DNA of 64,000 nt from Hormiphora californensis. Lineage: Eukaryota > Animalia > Ctenophora. Positions 10,406-48,066 of the stretch are shown piece by piece. Where the stretch lies: contig CM035354.1 of assembly GCA_020137815.1 (NCBI GenBank), positions 6,882,001 through 6,946,000 on the forward strand, given 5' to 3'. Position 1 is the first letter of the stretch, and every line of letters begins with the position of its first letter. The notes below the pieces were generated by a model. It made no database searches. It saw nothing but the letters and a program-made list of their open reading frames with translations, and was not told where the DNA came from. The translations under genes were made by a program, and so were the position numbers.

Positions 10406-13400
10406 TCTCCCTCTCTCTCCCTCACTCTCTATCTATCTCCATCTCCTGTATCTCCATATAGTTTTCTATCGAAATGAGCAGTCAACTGGGTGGAGTAACA
10501 AAATGGAATTGACTTGATAATGAGAGAGTTAGTTAATGGGCATTCATTCCAATTACCATGCTTGTCCACAAATTACACCGCTCTAACTCAATACAATATA
10601 GTATTGTTGAGTTAAAACAAAATATATTAACTTAGTTAAACATACCACGTGCTCACCATCACGACGTTAAATCATTGTTTTAGTGAGTGATGTAAAATAA
10701 AGTTATGTTAATTGCATTGTTTATGTAAAGATGATAGAATGAATGATCAAACCTTTGATTCTAAAAAACTAACTCAATTTAAGTATAATCCTTCTAGAGA
10801 AAATATGAACTTATCTTTAATCTTACCTCCCCAATTTTCTATCCTACGGCACGTCCGTTTTATTTTAACTGGATCAAAACGCCCCACTCCATGCAATGAT
10901 AGTAGACATGTGACTGTGCATGAGTACTTTAATAGTGAGTACTAGTACTGTATAGAAGAAGGTGAACAGTTTCACGTGCAGTAGCGGCATAAACATGCGG
11001 GGCCCCCCGGTGGTACAGCTAGGAAAAGCCTTAAAACTCTGAATATGCAATCACAAGATCTACAAATAGACTCATCCTACTTCACTCCTTCGAGCAGCAC
11101 CTCTATCTGGCTTCTCCGAATACTCTCATTGGTCAGGACAGGGTCATGTGACCAAATGGAGGGCTGTGATTGGTTGGAATATTGGCCCCTAGTTCCTGCA
11201 ACATCCCCTTTCCACTCCCATCCCACATTCATGGTGCTCAAACTGAAGAAGTTGGAGAGAGATAGAAAGATAGAAAGAGAGATAGAATAAAGATAGAAAG
11301 AGAGATAGAATAAAGATAGAAAGAGAGATAGAGAGAAGGAAAAGAGAGAAGGATAAGAGAATGAAAGAAAGTAGTAGTAAAAGAAGGAAAGGCAAAAGAA
11401 GTCCTTTAAACGTTTTAATTGACCATTGGCCACCTCTGCCACATTGTGTACCCTAGTAGGTGCAGGAGAGAAATAATGTGAGAGTGGGGGAGGGGGTAAG
11501 GAGCTGAGATTTGGATTTGTCCCAATCACTCCAACCACGTGGATCAGATTGGGGTGTAATAGGAAAACAGAGAGAGAGAGAGTGGGAATGGGAGAGCGAG
11601 GGAGAGAGATAGTGAGGGAGAGAGAATGACAGAGGAAGAGGGAGAGGGAAAAAGAGGGAGAGAAAGAGAGCGAAGGAGAGAGAGAGAGAGAGAGAGAACG
11701 AGATTGCGCGACCGGGGTATTGGTTTGGATTAAAATCTGTTTACAATCGATTGTACTACAGTTTAGATTAATCACTCTACTATTTTGCCACCAAAGAACA
11801 ACACATGTGCCCAATAATATAGGCAAGAGTAAATAGGAACCCCTGCTGCAGTACCATCCATTGCCCCAGGCAATAACCTGTGACGGAAACCCTAAATAGT
11901 TATAGATCACAACTTATTCCCAACCTATCCAACTCCCACATTATATGTTAATCCCCAATTTCACCTGCTACCCTCCTCCTCCTACCCGCCCCTCCTCCTA
12001 GTCTCCAGTTCTTGTCGCCAGGCAACTCCCCCGATTCTCTCCCCTACGACTATATAACATCACCACAACACCATGTTTCTAACCATAACGCCACAATTCC
12101 CCCAATATGTTTGTAGCTAATGTCAGAATGGTGGGCAACAGACTGGAACGTGCACTGTAGCAGCAGCAGTCAGTGTTCTGCATGGTATGCGAGAGTGCAG
12201 CTTGGCGCCAACTGACTTTAGCAGCAATATGGCATACCATTCGGCGCTTGAGCTGGTGGTATTTTTACAGAGGTGAGAGAGGCCGGATACCGCTAAAGTG
12301 CAGTAACAAACCTACAAATAGATAGTATCTAGATCTGATCTCTCTCTTTTCATGGTGCTTTATTAGCAACAGTCAACTCTTCCCTCCCTCCCTCTCGATC
12401 ATCATTCCCTCTCTCCCTTCCCTCTATCTCTCTCCAACTATTGAATTGTCGATGACAAGGTCTGCCACTTTTCCCCCTCTTTCAGATTGAGATCATGAAG
12501 ACTGATCCAGAGACACAATGATTGTGCTAATAGACCTACTAGCTGCAGAGAGCTGCATGGAATGTTCCTTCTACCGGACTTTCTCCAACGTAGAGGTGAG
12601 AGGAGGAGAAGGGAGAGGAGGATAGTGAGAGAGGGAGATTGAGTGAGGGAGATTGAGAGAGGGATAGGGAGAGAGTCAATTCATAATCTTCACTCCTGTA
12701 ATTCCCTCGTTTTCCAATGCCTGTATCTTCACGTGCTTATTATTTCCAAGTATTTCTATCACCAAGCTCTCATCTCAATATTTTGATCCCTCCCATTTTT
12801 GGAAAAATCCGGGGAGGAAGTTTGTTGCAAAGTTTCAATATTTCTCATTTCGGGAGCCGATAATGTTATCGTATATTTGAATCTCAAATCTTCTTCTGCA
12901 GAGCCACAAATCATTGTTCAATAGCCAATAACCATATACAGTTAGATTTTTGACAGTCATGATCAAAGAGCTCAAAACTTAAACACTCATAAGAACTCAT
13001 AACCATCAAGAGGGTGCAGTTAATAGAGACAAATTGTTGCCGGTTGTTGGTTCTCGAGAGAGATACAATAATGATAATACTATAGCTCTTCTCTCTCACG
13101 CATGATGTTGAAAACCTTGACACTATATATATAACTTCATATCTCAACGTTGGTATCTGATTTTAGAGCCCTTGCTAGAGTTATCGCATCGCATGATGGA
13201 GGTATGATGCCATAATTATAAAATATATTTAGATTTATTGAGGGAGCTTCTTTGAACAGCATATGTTGGTGAACATGGTTAACTTGGTTACTATCAGCCC
13301 CCCCCTCCCTTAGCTCTACGTCTGATTATGTGTTTATACACAGAATGATTACTCATAATCATAAATACCCCCCTGCTTACGGGTTGACTGAATGTGTTAG

Positions 13401-13793
13401 GGTGAGAAAGGGTGAGTGAGAGTGAGAGAGAGAGGGAGAGAGATAGATAGAGAGATAGAGAGATAATACTAAACTCTCAGTACACCATGTTTGCACGTGG
13501 TGGGTATGTTTTGTAAGATCAGCAGCAGCAAGCTAAGAGTGGCCCGAGAGGAGAGAGGACAATTGACCGATTTCATAATCGATGGCACAAGCAAACGAAC
13601 AATAGATACCCACCAACAAGTCCCTCTCTGACACCTAGCTTGGTCTAACATGACAAGAGAGAGGGAGCTCACCCCAATATAGTTGAGCATTGTCAAACAC
13701 ATTGACTCAATGTCATCTCCCCCCGGGTTACTGGCAAGTGGCACCTCAGTATAATGTTCTTGAAAGGAGGAGAACTTCACCTCATTACAATAC

Positions 13794-14190
13794 TCCGAAC
13801 CTCCCAATTTCAGATGGCCTATATGTGACCCCAAACCTCCCAATTTCAGATGGCCTATGTGACCCCAAACCTCCCAATTTCAGATGGCCCAGTCACCCCA
13901 AACCTCCCAAATTCAGATGGCCTAGTCACCCCGAACCTCCCAAATTTAGATGGCCTAGTCACCCCGAACCTCCCAAATTTAGATGGCCTAGTCACCCCGA
14001 ACCTCCCAAATTTAGATGGCCTAGTCACCCCGAACCTCCCAAATTTAGATGGCCTAGTCACCCCGAACCTCCCAAATTTAGATGGCCTAGTCACCCCGAA
14101 CCTCCCAAATTTAGATGGCCTAGTCACCCCAAACCTCCCAAATTTAGATGGCCTAGTCACCCCGAACCTCCCAAATTTAGATGGCCTAGT
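13794..14190. repeat. 33-bp minisatellite, about 12 copies (CCCCGAACCTCCCAAATTTAGATGGCCTAGTCA)
   Basis: Direct tandem repeats visible in the sequence; they generate the 11-aa periodic ORFs on both strands. Confidence 0.95.
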
Positions 14191-14638
14191 CGCCGACCAA
14201 CCCAATTCCAGCCGAGTAATATTAGTAGAAGATCCTGCTTTCAGGATGGTATTATAAGAAGCGCTTCATTCCTCCAGGAATAAGCTAGCTTGGTTGCTAA
14301 TTCGATCTCTCCTCGTTATAGTTACCGTGCCGTGCACGCGGCTATATAACAACTATATGCTCTCTAGGGCGGGGTAAATAAATGGAAGTTAGACTGGCTA
14401 TTCTCCAATCAGTATATAATGCAGTGCTATGGAGCTGTAGTGCAAGATTAGCCACACCCACTTAGTAACACAACCATGTGTATATATTTAGTCCCGCTCT
14501 AAATAAAAGTTGGTTATTTTTCACAATGAATTGCCCTCCTTGGAGGCGCCGTTCAGACCAGCTCATACCGCCATGCCTCCTCCTCCCACCAGCAGTTGTT
14601 TTATCATTTTCTCTCTCTCTCTCTCTATCTCTTCTCTA

Positions 14639-14731
<93 letters not shown>

Positions 14732-15659
14732 ATCGATTAATAATATATCTGGCTCAGGATTTGCAGATTTACAGTAGCTAACATGTCTTGGGATATATAG
14801 TGAACGCTGGGCCGGTAATTCTTCACTTAACATTAACAACGGCAGTACCCAAACAGTGCTAGAGAGAGGAGATTAGGAGAAGAGGAGATAGACAAATCCC
14901 AAAAATTTTGATGGCCTGTCAAACCCGAACCCTCCCCCAAATTTAGGGATGGGGGGTGGGCCCGGACCCCCAAAAAAATTAAACCGAGGAAAAAAAATTA
15001 TTTTAAAAAAAAAAGGGAAAGGGAGATTTATTAAAAAAACCCCTTTTCCCCAAAGGAATATTTAGCGGGAAAAAAATTTTTTTATAACCCCGGGGGCCGA
15101 AACCATTAAATGCCCTCTAAAAAAGGAAAACGGGGTTTTAAAAAATAAAAAACATTCCTGGGGCGGGTGCAATTTAAAAAAAACCCCAAAAAAACCCCCC
15201 TTTTGGGGTTTTAAAGGGTTCCCCCCGAAATCCCCTTTTACCACAAAACCCCCCCTTCCCCCCTCACCCCCTTTTTTTGGGGGGGGAAATTTCCTATGTT
15301 GTTTTCTTTCCCCCCCCCCACGAAAATAAGGTTAATTTGCTTTTCTGCTAAAGCGGGGAAAGTGAAGCTGGGCCCGGAACTTATTACATTAACAAGGGCA
15401 GACCCCAGGAGAAAGGAAATAGAAAAGGGAAGAAGAAAAAAAGAGAAGAGGAGAGAAGAGGAGAGAAGGGAAGGGGAGAGGGGGAGGAGAGAAAGGAAGG
15501 GGGAAAAGGAGGGAAGGAGGAGAGAGTAAGGGAAAGAGAGAGAGAGAGAGAGGGAGAAGGAGAGAAGAGAGGAGGAGAGAGAGAAGAGGGGGATAAAAGG
15601 AGGGAGAGGAAAAAGGAAGAGAAGCAAAGGAAGGAAGAGGAGGAGGAAAGGAGAGAGAG

Positions 15660-15692
<33 letters not shown>

Positions 15693-16213
15693 TGGGAGAG
15701 AGAGAGGGTGAGAGAGAGAGAGAGCACCACTGTCACAACCACTGATGACTCCTCCCATTGTAGTCTCGGTGGTGCCTCGCGTTCACGCCCACTCTGATTT
15801 GTGTTTTCACCGGCCTGTAAATATGGGGGTTGAATTGTTGGCTTGTTGGCTGAAGAGACTCCTGGACTCCAGGCATGCGGCCTGGTGCGGGTAGCTTCTC
15901 ACGCGTGGTATATTGACTAGTATCACGTGATCTTATACCAGCACGTCAGGTGACAGATTGTTCAAGGTTCCCCCTCACTTTTTAGAGTACTATTTGTCAC
16001 ACTTGGATCACCCCTCTTCAAATGATTGCGTGCGTGAAATGATGTTGTTGTTAGAATTTGTGATGTGATTCTAATCACGGAGAGCGGTTTGTTCCCTCTT
16101 GTCGCTCTCTCTCTTGAGATCTGCTCCCGTTCAATCTTGAGGGTTAAGAGAGAGAGAGAGAGTAGGAAGAAGAAGGGAAAAAAGAGGGGGAAGGAGAGAG
16201 AGGAGAGAGGAAG

Positions 16214-16255
<42 letters not shown>

Positions 16256-16508
16256 AGAACCACCAGCCTACTAGCTCTCTCTAGTTGTGCGCGGCGGCAA
16301 TATGCCCACGTGCGGCGTGTGTCACGTGACATTGCGTATTATACCACGTGACACAACCCGTCTCAGCTAGTGTGCTGCAGGTCCCAACCATTCATTTTCT
16401 CAGTTTATCGTTATGGTTTTGTCAACAACAACAACAACCATTGGGCTGTGCCCTCCCCCTCCTCCACCTCCCCTCCTTGGTTTGGGATAGATTTTTGGGG
16501 GAGGCAAG

Positions 16509-29280
<12,772 letters not shown>

Positions 29281-29765
29281 GCTGATAAAATGTGATCTTG
29301 GAAAGATTGCTGAAGATAAGCGGATGAGAGAAACGCGAAAAAGATGGCGGATGAGATACGACAATTTGAAATTGAGAAAGTTACATTGGACGATGATTTA
29401 AAGTTAGATACATCTTTGTGGTATTAGAGGTTAGAGTTTTTTAGTTTTCTTGATCCAGAGAGTGAGATATTGCTTGACGCTGGATATTATTAGCAGATTT
29501 TAGCAATTTTTACAACTGTCCATTTTGAGCGTGCGAGAAATGATTGATTTTCCAGATTGTGTGAAATTATCAGTTCCTTGTGTGACTTGGAGTACCAGTC
29601 GGTCAGAGACAATTTGAGAGTGTGTTTTAAACAGCCCGTTGGACGGATTTGTCGTGTGAGAACTGTATTGCTGCCATGAGAGTGAGAACTGGAAGTGAAT
29701 CTGTGAACAAGCCCCTCTGAAGCCTGTGTAATTCTTTTAGTGATTAGTGATTACCCAGCTTATTC

Positions 29766-29835
29766 CTGTCTGGTGGTGCCAGAGCCCCATTTGATTCTGA
29801 CAGTGCGCTCAGATGGGGTCGGCGGCGCCAGACAG
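29766..29835. mobile_element. Second copy of the ~70-bp CTGTCTGG hairpin MITE (probable 3' UTR of the zinc-finger gene)
   Basis: Aligns along its length to 1218-1286; no perfect TSD. Confidence 0.65.
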
Positions 29836-30689
29836 CAGCTAATTATTGGATGTCTGTGAATATCTAGCTACAATTTCTGGTTAGTCATTCACAAGATACA
29901 CGCCTGTAGAAATCTGTAAATTGTTAAAAAGCTGAAAATTTGTTGTATTGTTCCTCTGTTTACATCCCCATTAATCACTGCGTATTAATTGTATGAATGC
30001 TTTCCTGATCCTGGGCACTGGGTCATTCACTTTGGTGGCCTATTGTATGGCCATTATAGTGAACTTCGTTATCTTGTTTATCGGCTTCATTATGAACAAT
30101 TGAGTCATGAAGTGAAATGTGAATGACGGATCGGGCCGATGACCGACCCAAACTGCCCTGACCCCTGCAAAACCCACCCGGTCTTGAAATATGGTATCCA
30201 GTTGGCGCGCGGACTGTTTTGGTTCGCGCGAAGTAGATCACCACTATGTTATCGCGCGTTACAATTATCAAGCAACTTAGGTTCCTAAACCAGCAACCTG
30301 ATGTCCCTGATGATCTCATACATGATAGCCTGATGATCTCATAGTCTCTTTCGACTTTTAAGTTTCCACTTTCCGCCTTTAAATTATAGCCGATCAATTT
30401 TAAGGAGAGATTGTGGCAGAGAATAATTTATCGGCTATTTAGTTTTGTAGAAAAACACGGTTTTCATCATTAAACAGTCAATTTTAAAGATTAAATCACC
30501 AGCATACTAAATAAACATAAACAACTTTTCAAAAAGGATGTAAACTGTCCAGCGACTAAAAAAGGGTGTGTAAAACAATGAGTTCTTAGTTACAATTGAA
30601 CACGGAAACAATTAAAGATTAAAAGGTGCAGTTTGTTTTTGTAAGACACTAATTTGTGTGTCCTGAACTTGTAGAAATTGTTCGGTTAG

Positions 30690-30799
30690 CAGGAACTGAC
30701 CGACACAAGTAAACAACCAATCAGAACTCGTTATTTAGGTCACGTGACTGTTTATCAGCCAATCAGGGACCAGTATTTCCTAATTCAAGTCGGTTCCTG
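30690..30799. mobile_element. 110-bp hAT-like MITE (CAGGAAC...GTTCCTG) carrying CCAATCAG and CACGTG boxes
   Basis: Terminal inverted repeats; near-perfect 8-bp TSD TCGGTTAG/TCGTTTAG; lies 12 nt beyond the stop codon of the vWA gene. Confidence 0.75.
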
Positions 30800-30811
30800 T
30801 CGTTTAGCATC

Positions 30812-38008
<7,197 letters not shown>

Positions 38009-38445
38009 TGCTAAATGTCGCTGCAGACAAATCTTGGGTTTAAAATATATCGCTACGTAAACATAACTTATATATCGCTTAGGAAGGAAAATGCTAGGGG
38101 ATAAGTTGAAATCAAACTTCCCTTTATCAGATCATACAAAATGAATGCAACGATATAACTGTTATGCGAAGCAAGGATAGTAACGTATTATCTATTTAAT
38201 TCAAGTAATATCAGCAGTCCCAAAGTCAATTTGAGCGACTGGGTATTAACAAATGGTACATTCCGGCACCCAGGATGAAAAATAACCGCATCCAACGAAT
38301 TTTGAGAGGGCTGTTCCCCCAACTCCAGCAAGAAGGTGAAAGAATAGGACGTACATGGCAGCCACACGGGCAATATCCTTGTGATCAGCTATGTGATGGG
38401 TAAACAGTATTCGACGGGTTGCTAAGCAAACATCGCGGGGAAGTG

Positions 38446-38849
38446 TTATTTTGGTGCATCTTGGCCTGGTTTGGGTGTTGACTCTGCTGCGTTCAACTTT
38501 TCTAATCGGGCCCTAGGGAAATATCTTTATTAGCAAGAGGAATCAATAATCATATTGGCGTTCACAAGACTAACTTTCTCAGCTCTTCTTGGGTTAGTGG
38601 CTTTTTCTTGTTGAATCCCTCCAAAACACGAGGCGTGGAGTTTCTATTTTTGTTGTACTTAGGCTCCTCCCTTATTATCTGTAATCAAGGATTCACAAAA
38701 AAGTTTATAGAATGGTAACAAGAGGGACTATGAAGTATGAGGGTAAAAAATATTGTGCTTGAAAGTAGAATTTGAAAACCCACCTGTTCCCTGGCGGCAG
38801 CACGTGGGTTTTCAGGTCGAGATGACCCTACTGTCCTAGCTCTTGACAT
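38446..38849 (-). CDS. 78-aa basic microprotein, three exons (38849-38784, 38678-38575, 38512-38446)
   Basis: Two GT-AG introns splice in phase (0 and 2) to MSRARTVGSSRPENPRAAAREQIIREEPKYNKNRNSTPRVLEGFNKKKPLTQEELRKARLEKLNAAESTPKPGQDAPK. Confidence 0.65.
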
Positions 38850-38889
38850 TCTGAACACAATATTAAGCTGTCAAACACTTAAGGCAACG

Positions 38890-41261
38890 ACCTGCCACTT
38901 GTAATACGTTTCTCGATTGTTACTCTTGTCAATTTGGTCTGGAAATGGCATCTCTATTCCCCTTTCTAACTCTACTAATTCACTTTATTCACTTCACAAT
39001 CCCTTCTGAATGTTCCCCCAGCAGTCCCTAGCAATTATCAGAGTGATTACGTCTCGTTGTTTTGACCCGTCCCCTCTCTTCAGATAAAATCTCACACTTA
39101 GCACTCTTCTCTATTCTCTCCCTGTTTCATTCCCATGGCAACGCCTCCAAATGTATCGATCATGTCTTTGGAGATATTACACCACCAGCAGCCACTGTGT
39201 GGCGCGCATTTCCGCTTCAAATGCGCGGCTCAAACAGCTCTGAATCTTCAATTGCAATCCCTGGTTTGATAAAGGAGCACACTGCGGTAATCTGGTACAT
39301 AACAACTTCATTCGACACCTGCCACTTGTAATACGTTTCTCGATTGTTACTCTTGTCAATTTGGTCTGGAAATGGCATCTCTATTCCCCTTTCTAACTCT
39401 ACTAATTCACTTTATTCACTTCACAATCCCTTCTGAATGTTCCCCCAGCAGTCCCTAGCAATTATCAGAGTGATTACGTCTCGTTGTTTTGACCCGTCCC
39501 CTCTCTTCAGATAAAATCTCACACTTAGCACTCTTCTCTATTCTCTCCCTGTTTCATTCCCATGGCAACGCCTCCAAATGTATCGATCATGTCTTTGGAG
39601 ATATTACACCACCAGCAGCCACTGTGTGGCGCGCATTTCCGCTTCAAATGCGCGGCTCAAACAGCTCTGAATCTTCAATTGCAATCCCTGGTTTGATAAA
39701 GGAGCACACTGCGGTAATCTGGTACATAACAACTTCATTCGACACCTGCCACTTGTAATACGTTTCTCGATTGTTACTCTTGTCAATTTGGTCTGGAAAT
39801 GGCATCTCTATTCCCCTTTCTAACTCTACTAATTCACTTTATTCACTTCACAATCCCTTCTGAATGTTCCCCCAGCAGTCCCTAGCAATTATCAGAGTGA
39901 TTACGTCTCGTTGTTTTGACCCGTCCCCTCTCTTCAGATAAAATCTCACACTTAGCACTCTTCTCTATTCTCTCCCTGTTTCATTCCCATGGCAACGCCT
40001 CCAAATGTATCGATCATGTCTTTGGAGATATTACACCACCAGCAGCCACTGTGTGGCGCGCATTTCCGCTTCAAATGCGCGGCTCAAACAGCTCTGAATC
40101 TTCAATTGCAATCCCTGGTTTGATAAAGGAGCACACTGCGGTAATCTGGTACATAACAACTTCATTCGACACCTGCCACTTGTAATACGTTTCTCGATTG
40201 TTACTCTTGTCAATTTGGTCTGGAAATGGCATCTCTATTCCCCTTTCTAACTCTACTAATTCACTTTATTCACTTCACAATCCCTTCTGAATGTTCCCCC
40301 AGCAGTCCCTAGCAATTATCAGAGTGATTACGTCTCGTTGTTTTGACCCGTCCCCTCTCTTCAGATAAAATCTCACACTTAGCACTCTTCTCTATTCTCT
40401 CCCTGTTTCATTCCCATGGCAACGCCTCCAAATGTATCGATCATGTCTTTGGAGATATTACACCACCAGCAGCCACTGTGTGGCGCGCATTTCCGCTTCA
40501 AATGCGCGGCTCAAACAGCTCTGAATCTTCAAATTGCAATCCCTGGTTTGATAAAGGAGCACACTGCGGTAATCTGGTACATAACAACTTCATTCTACAC
40601 CTACCACTTGTAATATGTTTCTCGCTTGTTACTCTTGTCAATTTGGTCTGGAAATGGCATCTCTTTTCCCCTTTCTAACTCTACTAATTCACTTTATTCA
40701 CTTCACAATCCCTTCTGAATGTTCCCCCAGCAGTCCCTAGCAATTATCAGAGTGATTACGTCTCGTTGTTTTGACCCGTCCCCTCTCTTCAGATAAAATC
40801 TCACACTTAGCACTCTTCTCTATTCTCTCCCTGTTTCATTCCCATGGCAACGCCTCCAAATGTATCGATCATGTCTTTGGAGATATTACACCACCAGCAG
40901 CCACTGTGTGGCGCGCATTTCCGCTTCAAATGCGCGGCTCAAACAGCTCTGAATCTTCAAATTGCAATCCCTGGTTTGATAAAGGAGCACACTGCGGTAA
41001 TCTGGTAGCATAACAACTTCATTCGACACCTGCCACTTGTAATACGTTTCTCGATTGTTACTCTTGTCAATTTGGTCTGGAAATGGCATCTCTATTCCCC
41101 TTTCTAACTCTACTAATTCACTTTATTCACTTCACAATCCCTTCTGAATGTTCCCCCAGCAGTCCCTAGCAATTATCAGAGTGATTACGTCTCGTTGTTT
41201 TGACCCGTCCCCTCTCTTCAGATAAAATCTCACACTTAGCACTCTTCTCTATTCTCTCCCT
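38890..41261. repeat. 427-bp tandem repeat, about 5.5 near-identical copies
   Basis: Identical ORF fragments recur at 39062, 39489, 39916, 40343, 40771 and 41200 (period 427-429). Confidence 0.97.
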
Positions 41262-41700
41262 ACCTCCCACCCCCTCCGCCCCGCCCCCTCCACCCCCGCC
41301 CCACCTCCCCCACCCCTGCCCTTCCCAATTTAGAGCACTTTGTTACACAGGCCACTACAGCGACAATCCTTGTGTTTTGGTGCACTAAGTCGCTTATCGC
41401 GTGTAACAACTAACAAATGTTCTTATCTGTCCCATCCGCATAGTATTCTAGAAAAATTTTACAGTCTATTGGTGCTACATTCAGTCCTACCCCTTATCTG
41501 TGTTCAATCGTTTTTGTTTATCTTCATCTCCGACCCACTGGAAATGCATATACCTCTCATCTCATCAACAACAACATCACGGTACCAATCATCCATCAAA
41601 ATTCTGTAAGTTCACCTGTCCGTATTGTCTGTTCACAAATTGTGTAAAGTTTATATTGTGAATGTAATTTACTATTCAAAACACGGTAAACATCGGGATT

Positions 41701-41856
41701 CCAGACCCAAACTCAAGAAATTCTCAAAGGCAAAACGTTACCTTGTTCCAGACCAAACTAAACTCAAGACACTCTCAAAGGCAAAACGTTACCTTGTTCC
41801 AGACTAAACCAAACTCAAGACTATCTCAAAGGCAAAACGTTACCTTGTTCCAGACT
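41701..41856. repeat. ~49-bp tandem repeat, 3 copies
   Basis: CTCAAAGGCAAAACGTTACCTTGTTCCAGAC occurs three times. Confidence 0.85.
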
Positions 41857-43137
41857 CAGAAGCTGACATGACATAAAGCTTGCGTGAGAGTGCCCGAATA
41901 CAGACCACAAACAGTTAGAATATCAGAGAAATTTTGTTTGATTTTGGTGTAATTTTGAGCGTGATATTTTAGCTACTATCTTTCATACAGACCACAGACT
42001 TTATGACAGGTTGCAACACCGTTCTGTCGTGCGGCAGAGTTTGGTACGCTATAACCTAGAGCCACACACACACACACTTAAGGCAACTGAAAATACGGAC
42101 TCCATAAGCCAGAATTACACGAAGTAAAGTAGAAAAATAAATTGGCATACGTTGCAGGCCCCTTATAATATAATAAGTTGCGGGGGTGCGCGCATGAGGG
42201 GGCTGCAGCGCATTCCAAAAAAATAAAAAATAACATTTGAAAAAAAATGTTTGAGACCAAAAACATCGAAAGCTAAATTTCGGAAACACCTTCGCGCGGC
42301 GCCACAATGCACGCGCGCTCAATACCCAGCGCGGCTTATGTTTTGCGCGTACCAAAAATGACGCGCCTCAGCGCTGACAAGCTCCGCTAAATATGATCAT
42401 ATTTTCGCCTGAATTGAACCCCTCTGCTTCTGGCAAACATTTGTGAACATAACCTATGGTACGCTTGTTTCAGTAACCTGAGCTGCATTGGTTTAACGCG
42501 GATGCAGCTTAGGATTTTTCATCGTTCAGTCTTCAGATTGCTTTCATCACCAAAGTTCTTTCTTGGCTAAAGCCTAAAAAAATTGTATATATATGGGCCT
42601 TTCATGGCCAATGAAAGAGATAATTCAATTCACCAGTATCTCATTCTCAACTTCCTCTGGATTGTAAAACAGCAATAGAACCAAATTAAAATTGAAAATT
42701 ACTAGAAACGTTTTGGTAAAACAGTGCAACATTTAACTCTTTTTCGGATAAAAACAGTTCGTAGTCAGATAGTCTGAGTAACTATATATTAGTCAGGAAT
42801 TCCCTCATAACTTCAGGGTTGTCAGATGTCCTGGTCATTTTGATCTCGTAAAATGATCTATATCTCTTTTGACAATGATAATAATAGTATGTACAAATCT
42901 TACTCTATCCCCTATTCCCTATCGACCTAAGGACAACAATTAACATTTTGTTGCAACAGTTAGTTATAAATGTGAACGTGATTATTGTAGGAACATCTCA
43001 TGAACGAGTCTTTTGAAAACCGTCTTTTTATCGGCTAGCACAGCGCCATATCACGATCCGTCTCTGTGTTCCTACATATTTCAACCACTTTATGTTTCTC
43101 TCTCTCTCCCACTTGAGAGTCTGTCAGTTGAGCCGCT

Positions 43138-47442
<4,305 letters not shown>

Positions 47443-47926
47443 TTTGAATTGATCGAAGGTGGCTGCAGTGGAGCTCTGTGAGCTTCTTGTGTATTGTGTG
47501 GATATGCGGGATGTTGGGCAGAGCGAGCTGGGGCGGCTTAGAGGAAAAACGTACTATGCAACTAAGCATGCACGGCAATTATCCTGCCCCTATATTATTT
47601 ATTAAGTGGCTTAATTGGAGGAGAGTATGTATCCTGCCGCAGGAGTATCTTAGGACCGATTATATGACACCATGTGATCATAAACCACGTGATCATCATC
47701 CTCCTCCTCCTTCTCCTCCGCGGCTCACGAGAGGTGCACAGAGACAAACAGAGTAAGGGATGAATGAAACGGAGAGGGAGAGAGAGAGAGAGCACTGCTG
47801 AGCAGTGTGTGGCTGGGTGACAAGAAATCATTATACCGAGAACGACTTCCTGGTGCTCTCTTCCCCCTTCTCTCTTTCTCGTTCTCTCCCTCTCGCTCGC
47901 TCTGTCTCTCTCTCTCTCTCTTTTAC

Positions 47927-48066
<140 letters not shown>

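Noticed and set aside
12486-12595. Isolated exon-like segment (TTCAG...GAG/GTGAG)
   Set aside because: Could not be joined to a convincing ORF or recognisable domain; possibly non-coding or chance.
13690-14283. PEPPKFRWPSH repeat ORF as a neuropeptide-like precursor, or the 33-bp array as CRISPR
   Set aside because: No signal peptide or G-K/R processing sites; the array is open in several frames only because 33 is a multiple of 3; there are no unique spacers and no cas genes.
14890-15420. Homopolymer-rich segment with odd ORFs
   Set aside because: Reads as a garbled copy of ~14130-14880 (minisatellite remnant; CATTAACAAGGGCAG vs CATTAACAACGGCAG) with inflated runs, typical of an unpolished low-quality read in the assembly.
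29309-29345. CTGAAGA...GAAAC as a second hammerhead
   Set aside because: No stem II pairing and no cleavage triplet in register.
39062-41013. Repeated 89-aa and 60-aa ORFs as a tandem gene family or retrozyme array
   Set aside because: Non-ATG starts, frames broken by indels in later copies, and no hammerhead core with a stem II found in the unit.
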